From NCBI GenBank assembly GCA_963738475.1, contig CAVTWU010000017.1, forward strand, positions 141,064 through 205,063: a stretch of DNA of 64,000 nt, written 5' to 3'. Source of the DNA: an uncultured Chloroflexia bacterium. Lineage in GTDB: Bacteria; Chloroflexota; Limnocylindria; Limnocylindrales; CSP1-4. Position 1 is the first letter of the stretch. Each line of letters starts with the position of its first letter. Below are positions 12,482-23,900 of the stretch, one piece after another. The translations under genes were made by a program, and so were the position numbers. The notes beneath the pieces are model-generated. The model searched no databases and had not been told where the DNA came from. It saw only the letters and a program-made list of their open reading frames with translations.

Positions 12482-12612
12482 TCGCGCCTCCTTTCGCTGC
12501 CCCCGGGTGGATGGCGGCGATGCTCCGGCGCGGACTCGTCAAGAAGCCAGCAAGGACGCATCAAGAGGTGCGCTGAAGTCGCGATGACGTCGCGATCCGG
12601 GCTCGACGACCG

Positions 12613-13351
12613 TTGCCGGACGGGTGGCGCCGCGCCTACACTCGGCCGACCGCCGACTCGCTCGAAGGGACGTCCGTGCCGTCGCCATCGCCAGCCGCCG
12701 CCCCATCGGCGGACGCCGGGATCACGCTCACCGTCGATGCCGCCGCGCTCCGCGCCGGCCTCGCCCGCTGCGGCCGGATCGTCGCGCGCCACCAGCGCGA
12801 GCTGACCCGGCTCGACGCGGTCCTCGGCGACGGCGACCACGGCGACAACCTCGTGATCGGGTTCCGGGCGGTGGACGAGCTGCTCGCCGAGCTGCCGGCC
12901 GACACCCCGCCCGGCGAGCTGCTGCGGGCCGTCGGCCACCGGCTCGTGGCGGCGGTCGGCGGGGCGTCGGGGCCGCTGTACGGCACGGCCTGCATCGAGG
13001 CCGGCTTCCGCGCCGGCGACGCCGACGACCTCGATGGCGCGACCATCGCCGCGATGCTGGAGGCGGCCGCGAGCGGCCTGGCCCGGCGCGGCCGATGCCA
13101 GCCGGCGACAAGACGATCCTCGACACGCTCGCGCCGGCGGCCGGGGCGTTCGAGGCCGCGCTCGCGCGCCGGGCCAGCGCCCGGCGCGGCGTACGGCGCG
13201 GCGGTCCGCGCCGGCGCCGCGGGATGCGCTCGACCGGGACCTCGTGGCCCGGCGCGGGCTGGCGATGCGCCTCGGCGAGCGCTCGGTCGGCCATCGCGAC
13301 CCGGGCGCCGTCTCGTGCCTGCTCCTGCTGTGCGCGCTGGGGGGCCGATGA
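12613..13351 (+). CDS. Stand-alone Dak2 (DhaL-like) domain protein, first gene of an operon with a sensor kinase
   Basis: [67 protein letters not shown] and RLGERSVGHRDPGAV are Dak2 motifs. The gene ends GGR-stop, overlapping the ATG of the next gene (ATGA). Confidence 0.6.
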
Positions 13352-14960
13352 CGCGACGCGAGCCGACGCTGCTCGCTCGGATCGAGGCCCTCGAACGGGA
13401 GAGCCGACGGGCGTTCGACGACGCCCAGCGCGAGGCGGATGCGCTCTTCGCCCAGTACCAGCTGAGCCAGCTCGTCGCGTCGGGCGGGTCGCTGGCCGAC
13501 CTCGCCCGGTCGGTCGCGCTCGAAGCCGTCCGACTGGCCGCGGTCGACGGCGGCGCGCTGTGGCTCGAGCGGCCCGGACGGACACGGCCTCGCACCTGCT
13601 GGCGTCGGTCGGCAGCGACGCGCCGGCGACCGCTGCCCGCGGCCCTCGACGGACCTCGACGACGGCCGCGTCTGGGCCGCCGGGCTCCGGGCGGGCGGGC
13701 GGTCGTGGTCTCCGACGAGCCGCCCGCGATCCTGCTGTGCCTGTGGTCGGCGGACGGTCGGCCGCCCGACCCCGACGGCATCCGGGTCATCCAGCTCGCC
13801 CGCCACGAGCTCGCGGTCGCGTTCCAGGGCGCCCGGCTGCGCGAGGCCTCGAGCGCGAGCGGCAGGAGCTCACGCCGTCGTCAGCGGCACGACCGACCTC
13901 ATCCTCCAGGTCGATGCCGAGCGACGGGTCGTCCGGCTCAACCCGGCCGGCGAGCGGACTGCTCGGGCGTCGGCGGCGGCCGAGCGCTCGGCCGGACCTG
14001 CGCCGAGGTCCTCGGCTGCGACATCGCCGGCGGCCACGACGCCGGCCGCCTGCCCGCTGGCCGAGGTGATGGCCACGGGCCAGCCGATCGCCTACCGCGA
14101 GACCGCGGTCCGTGGCGCCGGACGGCGGCTCGATCCGCGTCGCCGGCGGCTATTCGACGGTCGCCTCCGCGTCGCCCGAGGCCGGCGATCCGGCGGGCCA
14201 GGCCCGGGCGACCGCGATCCTGCGCGACATCAGCGCCGTCCGGGCGCTCGAGGAGCTGCGCGAGGGGTTCGTGGCGACCGTCAGCCACGAGCTGCGGACG
14301 CCGCTGTCGCTCATCCGCGGCTACACCGAGACGCTGCTCCACCTCGAGCTCGACCCGAGGAGCAGCGCGACTACCTCGAACGCATCGACGAGGTCACCGA
14401 GCGGCTGTCGTCGCTCGTCGGCCAGATCCTCGACGTCACCCACCTCCAGGCCGACCCGCTCATCCTCGAGCGGGCGCCGGTCCTGTTCGCCTCGCTGGTC
14501 AGCCGGCTGCGCGGCGACCTCGAGACCTCGGGCGGCGCCGAGCGGCTCGTCGTCGAGCTGCCGGACGACCTGCCGCCACTCGAGGTGGACGGGCCACGGG
14601 TCGGCCAGATCCTGGAGAACCTCGTCGGGAACGCCTTCAAGTACGGCCCGCCGGACGGCCTGGTCACGATCGGCGCCGCGACCGCCGGGGAGTGGCTGGC
14701 CGTCACGGTGGACGACGAGGGCGTCGGGATCCCGGCCACGGAACGGCCGCTCGTCACCGAGCCGTTCCACCGGGCGTGGAACGTGCGCGAGTCGCGCATC
14801 CCGGGCACGGGTCTCGGGCTGTTCATCAGCCGCCGGCTCGTCGAGGCCCACGGCGGCCGCCTGCGGTCGACGACCGACCGGACGGGCGGCCCGGGACGCG
14901 GGTCGCCTTCACGCTCCCGCTGCTGCGCGGACGGCGGATCCCGCCGGGCGGCGCCGGGCG
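13349..14960 (+). CDS. Sensor histidine kinase (GAF/PAS-like N-terminal region, HisKA and HATPase_c); frameshifted
   Basis: MTRREPTLLARIEALERESRRAFDDAQ..., PAS-like MATGQPIAYRETAVRG, HisKA VATVSHELRTPLSLIRGYTETLL, and HATPase ILENLVGNAFKYGPPDG...GTGLGLFISRRLVEAHGG. Confidence 0.7.
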
Positions 14961-15006
14961 TCGCCGCCAGCCCGGTCGCCCCGGCGCCCGAGCGCCGAGG
15001 CCGACC

Positions 15007-15705
15007 GTGGCTGAGACGATCCTCATCGTCGAGGACGAGCCCGAGTTCGCCGCGCTCGTCGAGCTGTGGATGGGCCGCGCCGGGTACCGGACCGTCGGTC
15101 GCCCGGACCGGGCCCGACGCCCTCCGCCGGTTCTACGACGACCACCCGGACCTCGTCATCCTCGATGTCGCCCTGCCGGGCCTCGACGGCTGGCAGATCA
15201 TCGAGCGGATCCGCGAGTTCAGCCGGATCCCGATCCTGATGGTCACCGCGCGCAGCTCCGAGGCCGACAAGATCCGCGGCCTGAAGCTCGGGGCCGACGA
15301 CTACATCACGAAGCCGCTGAGCTTCCCGGAGCTGACCGCCCGGGTCGAGGCGGCGCTCCGTCGGGCGGCGACGGCGACCCCGGAGCGACCGCGCCGGCTC
15401 CAGCATCGCGACCTCGTCGTGGACCTCGACGACCACCGGCCCGCCTGCGCGGCGAGGAGGTCCGCCTGACCCCGACCGAGTTCCGGCTGCTCGCCTACCT
15501 CGTCGAGCATGCCGGCCAGCTCGTCACCCATCGCCAGGTCCTCGGCGCCGTCTGGGGCGCCGGCTACGACGCGGACGTCCACCTGCTGCGGATGACCATC
15601 CGCAACCTGCGCCTCAAGCTCGATGCCGTGGCGCCCGGCGAGTCGTACATCGCCACCGAGTACGGCCTCGGCTACCGGTTGACCGGACCGTCCCGGCCCG
15701 CCTGA
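15007..15705 (+). CDS. OmpR/PhoB-family response regulator
   Basis: The receiver domain reads ETILIVEDEPEFAALVELWMGRAGYRTV...DLVILDVALPGLDGWQIIERIREFSRIPILMVTARSSEADKIRGLKLGADDYITKPLSFPEL. The winged-helix domain reads LTPTEFRLLAYLVEHAGQLVTHRQVL...TEYGLGYRL. Confidence 0.75.
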   Translation: MAETILIVEDEPEFAALVELWMGRAGYRTVGRPDRARRPPPVLRRPPGPRHPRCRPAGPRRLADHRADPRVQPDPDPDGHRAQLRGRQDPRPEARGRRLHHEAAELPGADRPGRGGAPSGGDGDPGATAPAPASRPRRGPRRPPARLRGEEVRLTPTEFRLLAYLVEHAGQLVTHRQVLGAVWGAGYDADVHLLRMTIRNLRLKLDAVAPGESYIATEYGLGYRLTGPSRPA

Positions 15706-15712
15706 CGTCGCG

Positions 15713-17099
15713 TCAGGCGCTCGCCGTCGCCTCGAGTGGCGGTTCGACCTCCTCGACGACCTCGACCGCGACGCCGGCATCGCCATCGCGCCGGCGCTCA
15801 TCGACCGGCCGGAGCAGCCAGGCCCCGATCAGGTACCAGATCGGCGCCAGCAGGAAGGCGGCACGCGGACCGAGGTCGGTGGCGCCCGGCGCCGGCGAAC
15901 CGGTCGACGATGACGTAGCCGACGAGCCCGGCCACGACCCCGTTCGTCGCGGTCGCGACGTTCGAGATGCCCATGTACCGGCCAGCCGACGCCTTCGGGA
16001 TGATGTCGGTCATGAGCGCCCAGTCCACCGCCAGGAAGCTGCCGCCGCCGATCCCGACGAGGCTCGCGCCGACGACCAGGAACCAGACCGACGGCGCGAA
16101 CGCGCAGACGATCATGCCGATGGCGCTCGTGGCGCACGCGGCGTAGATGAGTCGCTTGCGCCCGTAGCGCTGCGACAGGCGCGCGGCCGGGATGGTCGCG
16201 ACGGCCGTGCACAGGGCCGCGATCCCGGTGATGGCCAGGATCCAGACGGCGCGTTCGTCGCCGGTCCGCCATCCCGAGCGCCCGCTCCAGGTACGGCACG
16301 GCGAGCACGACGAGGAACGCGCTCCCGCCCAGGATGAAGAAGCGCGAGCCGACGAGGTGGACGAAGCTCCGCTCGCGCAGGATGTCCGTGCCCCACGCCT
16401 CGGCGGCGATGGTCCGCCACGACCGACCGTGGCGGTCCTTGGCGACCCGACCCTCGTCCAGCCGGTAGAACAGCGACAGCATCGTCAGGAACTCGACGAC
16501 GCCCAGCAGGATCGTCGGGCCCGCGGAAGTCGCCGAGGATCGAGCCCGAGCGACGCCATCGCGCTGCCGAACACGACGCCGAGGACCGTGAACAGCCCGA
16601 CCATCCCGCTCGCCAGGCCGACCTGCGGCGCCGGGACCATGTCCGGCACGTAGCCCTGGAACGGGCCCTGGGCGAAGTTCGAGCTGAACTGGAGGAGCAC
16701 GACGAGGGCGGCGATGGCCACGATGGAGTTCGACGTCGCGATGCCGACGAGGAACACGAGGTCGAGGGTCGTGCCGATGAGGATGAACGGCTTGCGCCGG
16801 CCGAACCGGCTGATCGTGTAGTCGCTGATCGACCCGACCGTCGGCTGGACCGCGATCGCGATGGCGACGCCGGCCACCTGGGCGATCCCGAGGGTCGTGT
16901 ACTGGACGCTCGCGTCGGGCACGAGGTCCTTGATCCGCTCCTGCATGATCAGGCCGATCCCCTGGAACACGGCGACCAGGCCGAGCCAGTAGACGGACAG
17001 GCGCAGGAGCTTGCCCGAGCGGGCAGGAGCCGGGTCGGCTCGCCGGGCGCCGAGGCACGCGCGCGGCCGGCGCCCCGGTGACGGGTCGGTCGCGGTCAT
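15713..17099 (-). CDS. MFS transporter (GPH-like), paralogue 1
   Basis: KLLRLSVYWLGLVAVFQGI...QPTVGSISDYTISRFGRRKPFILIG, LAVDWALMTDIIPKASAGRYMGISNVA, and C-terminus GYLIGAWLLRPVDERRRDGD with a stop at 15713. Confidence 0.7.
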
Positions 17100-17163
17100 C
17101 GCCGGGATGGTACCGCCCGGACCCGGATGGATCGAGCGGCTCCAGCGCGGAGCCCGCGTGCCG

Positions 17164-18504
17164 TCAGGCGGCGGTGGGCTGCGCCGCTGGTCGCCGGTCG
17201 CGGCGCGGCTCGACCACCGGGCGAAGCGTGACAGCCGCGGCCGCGAAGAACGCGACGCCCAGGATGAACACGACGCGCGGACTCAGGGGCTCGTTGCCGG
17301 CCGAGGTCACGATGTCGAGCGCCACCCCGCCGACCGCGATCGAGAGCGGCCCGGCCGACCCGGTCGCGACATTGCTCATGCCCATGTACCGGCCGGCCGA
17401 CGCTCGCGGGATGATGTCGGTCATCAGGGCCCAGTCCACGGCCAGGAACGTGCCGTTCGCGGCACCGAACAAGGCCGCGCCGATGAACGCGATGGGGATC
17501 GACGGCGTCAGCGCGATGATCGCCGCACCCGACGGCGCCGCCGGCACAGGCGGCGAAGATGAGCGGCTTGCGCCCGATGCGATCCGACAGCCGCGAGGCC
17601 GGCAGGATCGCGATCGACGTTCGACGCGACCACGACGATGAGGACGGCGATGTACATCGCGTTCGCCTCCTCCTTCGACATCCCGTGGGCCCGCGCGAGG
17701 TAGATCACGACGAAGTTCACGAGGAGCGAGCCGCCGACCAGGAACAGCAGTCGGGACACGAGCAGCCACACGTAGGATCGCTCGCGGAGGATGTCGGTCG
17801 CCCAGGCCTCCCGCGCGATGCGGGTCCACGGCTTGCCGTTCCGGGGCTTCGGCGGCATGCCCTTCCCGACCTTCAGGACGACGCTGGCCATCGTCACCAG
17901 CTCGACCAGGGCGACGGCCACGAGCGACAACTCCATCACGCCGAGTTGGACCGACAGGGACACGAGCAGGAACCCGGTGACGTTCCCGACCACCTGCATG
18001 AGGCCGACCATCCCGCTCGCCAGCCCGACCTGCGGCTCCGCGACGAGGTCCGGGACGTAGCCCTGGAAGGGTCCGCGCGCGATGTTGGTGCTGACGCTGA
18101 GCAGCAGCACGAAGGCCGCGAGCATCAGGACGGAGTTCCCGGCCGCGATCCCCAGCAGGAACACCACGTCGAGCAGCGATCCGAAGACGATGTAGGGCTT
18201 GCGCCGACCCCACTTCGACACCGTGTAGTCACTGATGTAGCCGACGGTCGGCTGGATGATGATGCCGATGATCGCGCCACCGATGCCGATCAGGAACAGC
18301 GACCTGCCCGACATCGTCCTTGGGCACCAGCCCGTCGAACTCGACCCGGTTCAGGATGAACAGACCCACGGCGGCGTCGATGGCGGTCAGGCCCAGCCAG
18401 TACGCCGAGATGCGCAGCAGCTGGGTCAGCGGCAGGAGGGCGGTCGGGCGCGCCCCGGCCTCCGGGTCGTCCTCCGGCGTCGCGCCGGCGATCCGGACCG
18501 TCAA
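17164..18504 (-). CDS. MFS transporter (GPH-like), paralogue 2 in tandem
   Basis: QLLRISAYWLGLTAIDAAVGLFIL, QPTVGYISDYTVSKWGRRKPYIVFG and FLAVDWALMTDIIPRASAGRYMGMSNVA. It is clearly paralogous to the upstream MFS. Confidence 0.7.
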
Positions 18505-18630
18505 GCTCGAGTGTCGCTCCAGGCGCGCTCATCGCTCGTCCTCGTCTGGCGGGCGATCGCCGGGACTGACGCGCTCGGCGCGTCGATCTCCCGCGGCTCG
18601 CCGATCGCGGTCACGTGGCCGAGGCCCATC

Positions 18631-19375
18631 CTACGCCTCGGCGCGTGCGTTTCCGTCTTGGTCGAGTGCGACCGAGGTATGCAGCCGGACGAGGCGTCGG
18701 TCCGTGGCGCCCGGAGCGACGTACCGGAACACGGACCGGTCGAGCGAGTAGAGCCCGGTGCTGGCGAATCCGATCCGCCCGAGGCGGAAGCTGAAGACCG
18801 GGTTCTCGCCGTTGCCCGCGTAGTGGAACGGGCGCCCGTCGCCGGTCAGGACGGCGAGGTTGGCCTGGCCGCCGAACCGATCGTGGAGTGCCGCCAGGAG
18901 GTGCTCCGGTCGCTCGGTCGGATCCCAGGCGTCCTCGAGCCAGCGCGCGCCGACCTCGGTGTCCGCCCGGCCGTGGATCCGGCCCTGCGCGCGATAGGTG
19001 CGGCGCAGCGCCCGGTAGTCGAGCAGGTCGCCGTTGTGGCTGAGGGCGTACCGACCGGCCGGGTCGTCGAACGGCTGGGTATCGGGCATGCGTCAGCGTC
19101 GACAGCTTCGACGGCCGGCGCAGGTGGACCAGCGCTGCCGTCGTCTCGGTCGCGCCCACGGCATCACGGCCGGGATCGTCGCGGAACGCGCGGATGTCGC
19201 GGTAGCTACCGAGGCTCCCGGTGCCGTCCGCCCAGGCCGCGCCCCAGCCGAACCCGCCGAGTCCGAACCGCTCCAGCTTCTCGGCGACCGGCCACAGCTC
19301 GTCGAGGCGGAACGGCTCGCTGGCCCGGGCGATGAACTGCTCACACATCGGGCGCGATGATACGCGGGCCTCGGC
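18631..19375 (-). CDS. Class II (Ntn) glutamine amidotransferase, YafJ-like
   Basis: MCEQFIARASEPFRLDELWP...GWGAAWADG and YALSHNGDLLDYRALRRTYRAQGRIHGRADTEVGARWL follow the YafJ pattern MCELLG...HNG. Confidence 0.6.
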
Positions 19376-19389
19376 TGGCAGGCCGGGCA

Positions 19390-20185
19390 CCAGAACGTGA
19401 GCCGGGGCAGGTCGAGGCCCTGTCGCGCCCTGGCGATCGGCGTTCGGCAGCGGCGGCACGGTCGACCGGCCCGGCCGTAGACGTACAGCGGGCCTGGGGC
19501 CGCCGCGGTCGCCGGTCGTCGTGGTCCGTTCCGGGCCGTGCGTCCGTCGCGACGTTCGCGAGCAGGAGGCGCCGGGCGGTCGCGACGAGCCGCGCGAGGG
19601 CCTCGTCGCCGACGTCGGCGGTGGCGGTGAACGGCGACACGCGCTCGATCCACAGGACCTCGCTCTTGTAGACGTTGCCGATCCCGGCCAGCGCCCGCTG
19701 GTCGAGCAGCGCCTGCGGCGATCGGGCAGCGTCGCTCTGGCCGGGTCGCGCAGCCGACGGATCGCCTCGTCGGCATCGAAGGTCGGCGACAGCAGGTCCG
19801 GCCCCAGGCCGGCCAGGGCGGGATGGAGCGCCTCGGCGCGGGTCTCGAGGAGTTCGACGACGGGCGCATCGAAGCAGACCGCCACCGCGCCCGGGACCTC
19901 GATGACGAGGCGGGCGCGAGCCGGCGGTCGCCGCCAGCGCTCGCCCGGTCGGTAGCGATGCCAGGACCCGTTCATGCGCAGGTGGGTCCGGATCTCCAGC
20001 CCGCCGTCGAACCGGATGAGCAGGTTCTTGCCCATCGCGTCGACGGCCGTGATCTCGTGGCCGACGATCCGGTGGACCTGCGGGACCGGGCCCGGGCCGC
20101 TCGCCCGGGCCGCCGTCACGGTCCGCCCGACCAGGTACGGCCGGAGTCCCGCCGCGGTCCGGAAGAGCGTGTCGCCCTCAGGCAC
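19390..20185 (-). CDS. nei: Endonuclease VIII / formamidopyrimidine-DNA glycosylase family (Nei/Fpg); frameshifted
   Basis: MPEGDTLFRTAAGLRPYLVGRTVTA has the catalytic Pro2-Glu3. An H2TH region follows. The C-terminal zinc finger reads PLYVYGRAGRPCRRCRTPIARARQGLDLPRLTFWCPACQP. Confidence 0.75.
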
Positions 20186-20623
20186 TCAACCGCCTGCTGG
20201 GAAGACCATCAGTCCGGCGGCTGCGACCGCCGCCCGAAGCCTGGCGTCCCAGGCGACCACGACGACCTCGTGCTGGGGATCGAGCTCCAGCATCGAGGCG
20301 AGCTGGATGGCGTCGCCGGCCCGGAGGCCGTATGTCTCGGCGATGGCTCCGGCTCGCGCGCTGATGCTCGTCCGAGAGTTCGATGACATCGAAGCCAGCC
20401 CAGGCTTCCGTCGAACGCGAGGACGGCGCGCTCATGACGCTAGCCGGTCCAGTCGATCCGATCGACGGGCGGCCGCGAGACCCTGCGCGGACCTCGACGA
20501 ACGAGAGCCGAGAGTCGCGACGCGATTCGGACGCGGACGGTGATCGCATCGAACGTCCGCCAGGCCCGGCTCGTCGAGCAGGTACTGCTTGAGGATCGCG
20601 GAGCTATCCAGGTAGGCGATCAA
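20186..20623 (-). CDS. vapC: PIN-domain toxin (VapC-like); frameshifted
   Basis: The N-terminus reads MIAYLDSSAILKQYLLDEPG. The C-terminus reads LRAGDAIQLASMLELDPQHEVVVVAWDARLRAAVAAAGLMVFP. Confidence 0.6.
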
Positions 20624-20639
20624 TCGCCGCGAACCTCGT

Positions 20640-20930
20640 CGATGAGGTCCTGGATCGACCCGTCATACGGACGTGCGGGATGTCCTCCCAGCGCGGGAAC
20701 GGCTTGGTCGCCAGGGTCAGCGTGCCTTCGGCCACGAGCTTGAGCATGTGGGGCGATAGCGGCTCATCGCGGACCAGCCTCGCGACCGGACGGCCGTGTT
20801 CCGTGACCGTGATCGTCTCGCCCGCCTTCACTCGCTCGAGGTAGGAGGACAGGTGGTCGCGCAACTCGCGAACGCCGACGGTGGCTCGACCCGGCCGCAC
20901 ATATGTGGCGCTTTTTGACTCGGATAGCAC
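20640..20930 (-). CDS. Phd/YefM-type antitoxin paired with the downstream PIN toxin
   Basis: VGVRELRDHLSSYLERVKAGETITVTEHGRPVARLV is the canonical Phd/YefM antitoxin motif. Its end overlaps the vapC start. Confidence 0.55.
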
Positions 20931-20970
20931 GCTTCATGTGGCTATCGTATCACGCACCGCTTACCCGGCG

Positions 20971-23900
20971 ATCACCTCGAGGCGCGCAGGACCAGTCCGC
21001 GATAGCCGGGCGTGAACCCGGCCCCCAGGAGGCGCCTCCCGCCACGGCGACTCGGTCACGGGGAGCCCGTCCACCTTCCGGATGACGATCTCGCGTGCGC
21101 GCCCGTCCGCGACCAGGGTGCCCAGCGCCCGGAGCGCAGCGGCCGCGACGGACGGCGTCGTCGGCCGGGGCCAGGGTCTGGAGCGTGGAGCCGCCGCGTT
21201 CCAGGTAGACGGCCGCCTGCGCCATCCACGATCGCCACGTAGGCGCCGGCGGCCCGCTGAAGCGGTCGTCGGTCGGACTCGTCGCGGCGCGGCCACGGCA
21301 GCGCGGCCCCGAACGGGTTGGCCGGATCGGTGGCCGCCAGCAGGTAGCGTGCCGGCGCGGTCCGAACCTTCGGCGCCGTCGCGCTCGGCGCGCAGGCGAT
21401 CCAGCGCACCGGCCAGCGCGAACTGGGCCGCCCCGAGGCCGTCCACGAAGTAGCCGCGCCGGATCCGGCCGGCCTCCTCCATCGCCCGGAGGACCGGGTA
21501 GACGGCACTGAACCCGCCGACGATCCCCTCCGCCGCAACGGCTTCGCGGGTCAGGACGCCGTGGCGCTCCAGCAGCGCCAGACTCTGGGCGTGGAGCCGG
21601 ACGGTCGGCGTCGTGGCTGCCGGCGCGGGCTCCACGAGCGACCACCGACCCGCGGCCTCCGGCGGTCCGAGGCTCGTCAGCCGGCCGGCCCGGGGACGTC
21701 GCGCGCCCCCGCTCGGCGGTCCGCTTCCAGCGCAGCGCGCGCAGCGGCGCGAACGTGTCGTTGGTGACCTCGCCGGCCCAGACGAGATCCCAGAGCGCAT
21801 CGAGCACGTCGCGGTCCGTCCCGCCGCCGGCCGCCGTGAACAGCTCGCGATAGAAGGAGGCCCCACGCTGCGCGAGGCGCTCGCGGATGGCCTCGTGGCG
21901 TGGCTCGGCGGGGCGTTCGACGCCGTCGGGCGGCCCGATCGGCCGGACAGCCTCGCGACCCGGTCGGACCAGGGCGATGCGACCATCGTCGCGGCCGAGC
22001 GGCCCGTGCCCCACCCACGCGACCTCGCCGAGCGCCCCAAGCTCGTCGAGCAGCCGCGGCGTGTAGCCGGGGATCCGGGCCGGCAGGATGTCGCGCTCCA
22101 GGACGGAGGCCGGCAGCGGCACCCCGGCGAGCTGGTCGACGACCTCGGCCAGGCGTTCGAGCGCGGCCGTACCCCGGTACGGCGTGGTGGGCGCGCCGAT
22201 CGGGGCGATGCCGTGCCAGCCCGGCAGGAAGCGGGCGAGCGCGGCGGGATCGACCGGCTCGACCTCGTGGCGGAGGCGCGCGAGCGACCGACGCCGAAGG
22301 AGTCGCAGGACGTCCGGGTCGCACCACTCGCGCTCGGCGCCGCCCGGTCGGAACTCGCCGCGCAGGAGCGATGCCGGCGGCCAGGAGCCGCTCCAGCGCG
22401 TCCTCCACGAGCCCGGTCGGCAGCCCCCAGCGCCGAGCCGGCTCGGGCGTCAGGAACGGCCCGTGCGTCCGGGCGAAGCGGGCCAGGAGCGAGTCCAGCG
22501 CCCCGACCGCCGGGGCCAGGAACGCCGCCGGGATGCCCATCGGGACGGACACGCCACACGCGTCCCGGTAGCGGGCGACGTCCTCCACCGCGACCCAGCG
22601 CTCCTCCCCGGCGATCCGGATGCGGACCGCTCGCCGGGCGCGCTCCAGCTCCGTGAGCCACGGACCGGCCACCGCGCCGCCGCCTTCGGTCCGGGCGGCG
22701 ACCTCGGCGTCGTCGAGATCGCCCAGCCGGCGGAGGAGGTCATGGATGCCATCGAGCGTGGACGCCCGACGGTCCTCGGTGAGCGCCTGGAGGCTCAGCT
22801 CCAGGTCGGCGAGGGCATCCGGGTCCAGGAGCTCGCGGAGCTCCTCCTGGCCGAGCAACTCGCGGAGCAGGTCGCGGTCCAGGGTCAGCGCGCCGGCGCG
22901 GCGTTCGGCCAGTGGCGCATCGCCGTCGTACATGTAGGCCGCGACGTAGTCGAACAGCAGGCTGCTGGCGAACGGCGACGCACTCACCGTCTCGACGCTG
23001 TGGATGACGATGTCGCGCCGGGCGACCTCGGTCAGGATCTGGCGGAGCGCCGGCAGGTCGAAGACGTCGCTGAGGCACTCGCGATAGGTCTCGACCAGGA
23101 TCGGGAAGCTGCCGTAGCGGCTGGCGACGGCGAGCAGATCCGCCGCCCGCTGGCGCTGCTGCCAGAGCGGCGTGCGCGTCCCGGGCCGGCGACGCGGCAG
23201 GAGCAGGGCCCGGGCCGCGTTCTCGCGGAACCGGCTGGCGAACAGGGCGGATGTGGCCAGCTGCCCGACGACGAGGTCCTCGAGCTCGTCGGGATCCGGG
23301 AAGAGCAGCGCTTCGATGCCATCGAGCGGCGCATCGCCCTCCGGCAGCCGGATCGCGATGCCGTCGTCGGACCAGATGGTCTGGACCGCGAGCCCGAGGC
23401 GCTCCTGGAGTCGCGCTTCGATCGCGAGCGCCCACGGCGCGTGGACGCGGCCGCCGAACGGCGTCAGCAGGCACAGCCGCCAATCGCCCAGCTCGTCGCG
23501 GAATCGCTCGACGACGACCCGCCGGTCCGTGGCCAGCGCGCCGGCACTCTCACGCTCGTCGTCGAGGTACGCGAGCAGGTTGGACGTGGCCCGCTCGTCC
23601 AGGTCGTGCGTCTCCTGGAGCCGGGCCGTCGCGGCGGCTCGTCCACGTGCGCCTCGGGCCAGGTCCGCCTCGGTCTCGCGGATGAACGCCCCGATGGCCT
23701 GCCCGAGCTCGATCGGCCGGCCGACCGCATCGCCGTGCCAGAACGGCAGCTTGCCGGGGACGCCGGGGGCCGGACTGACCGTGACCCGGTCGTGCCCGAT
23801 GTCCTCGATCCGCCAGCTGCTCGCCCCGAGCGTGATGACCTCGCCGGCCCGGCTCTCGTAGACCATCTCCTCGTCGAGTTCGCCGACGCGCCGGCCCGGC

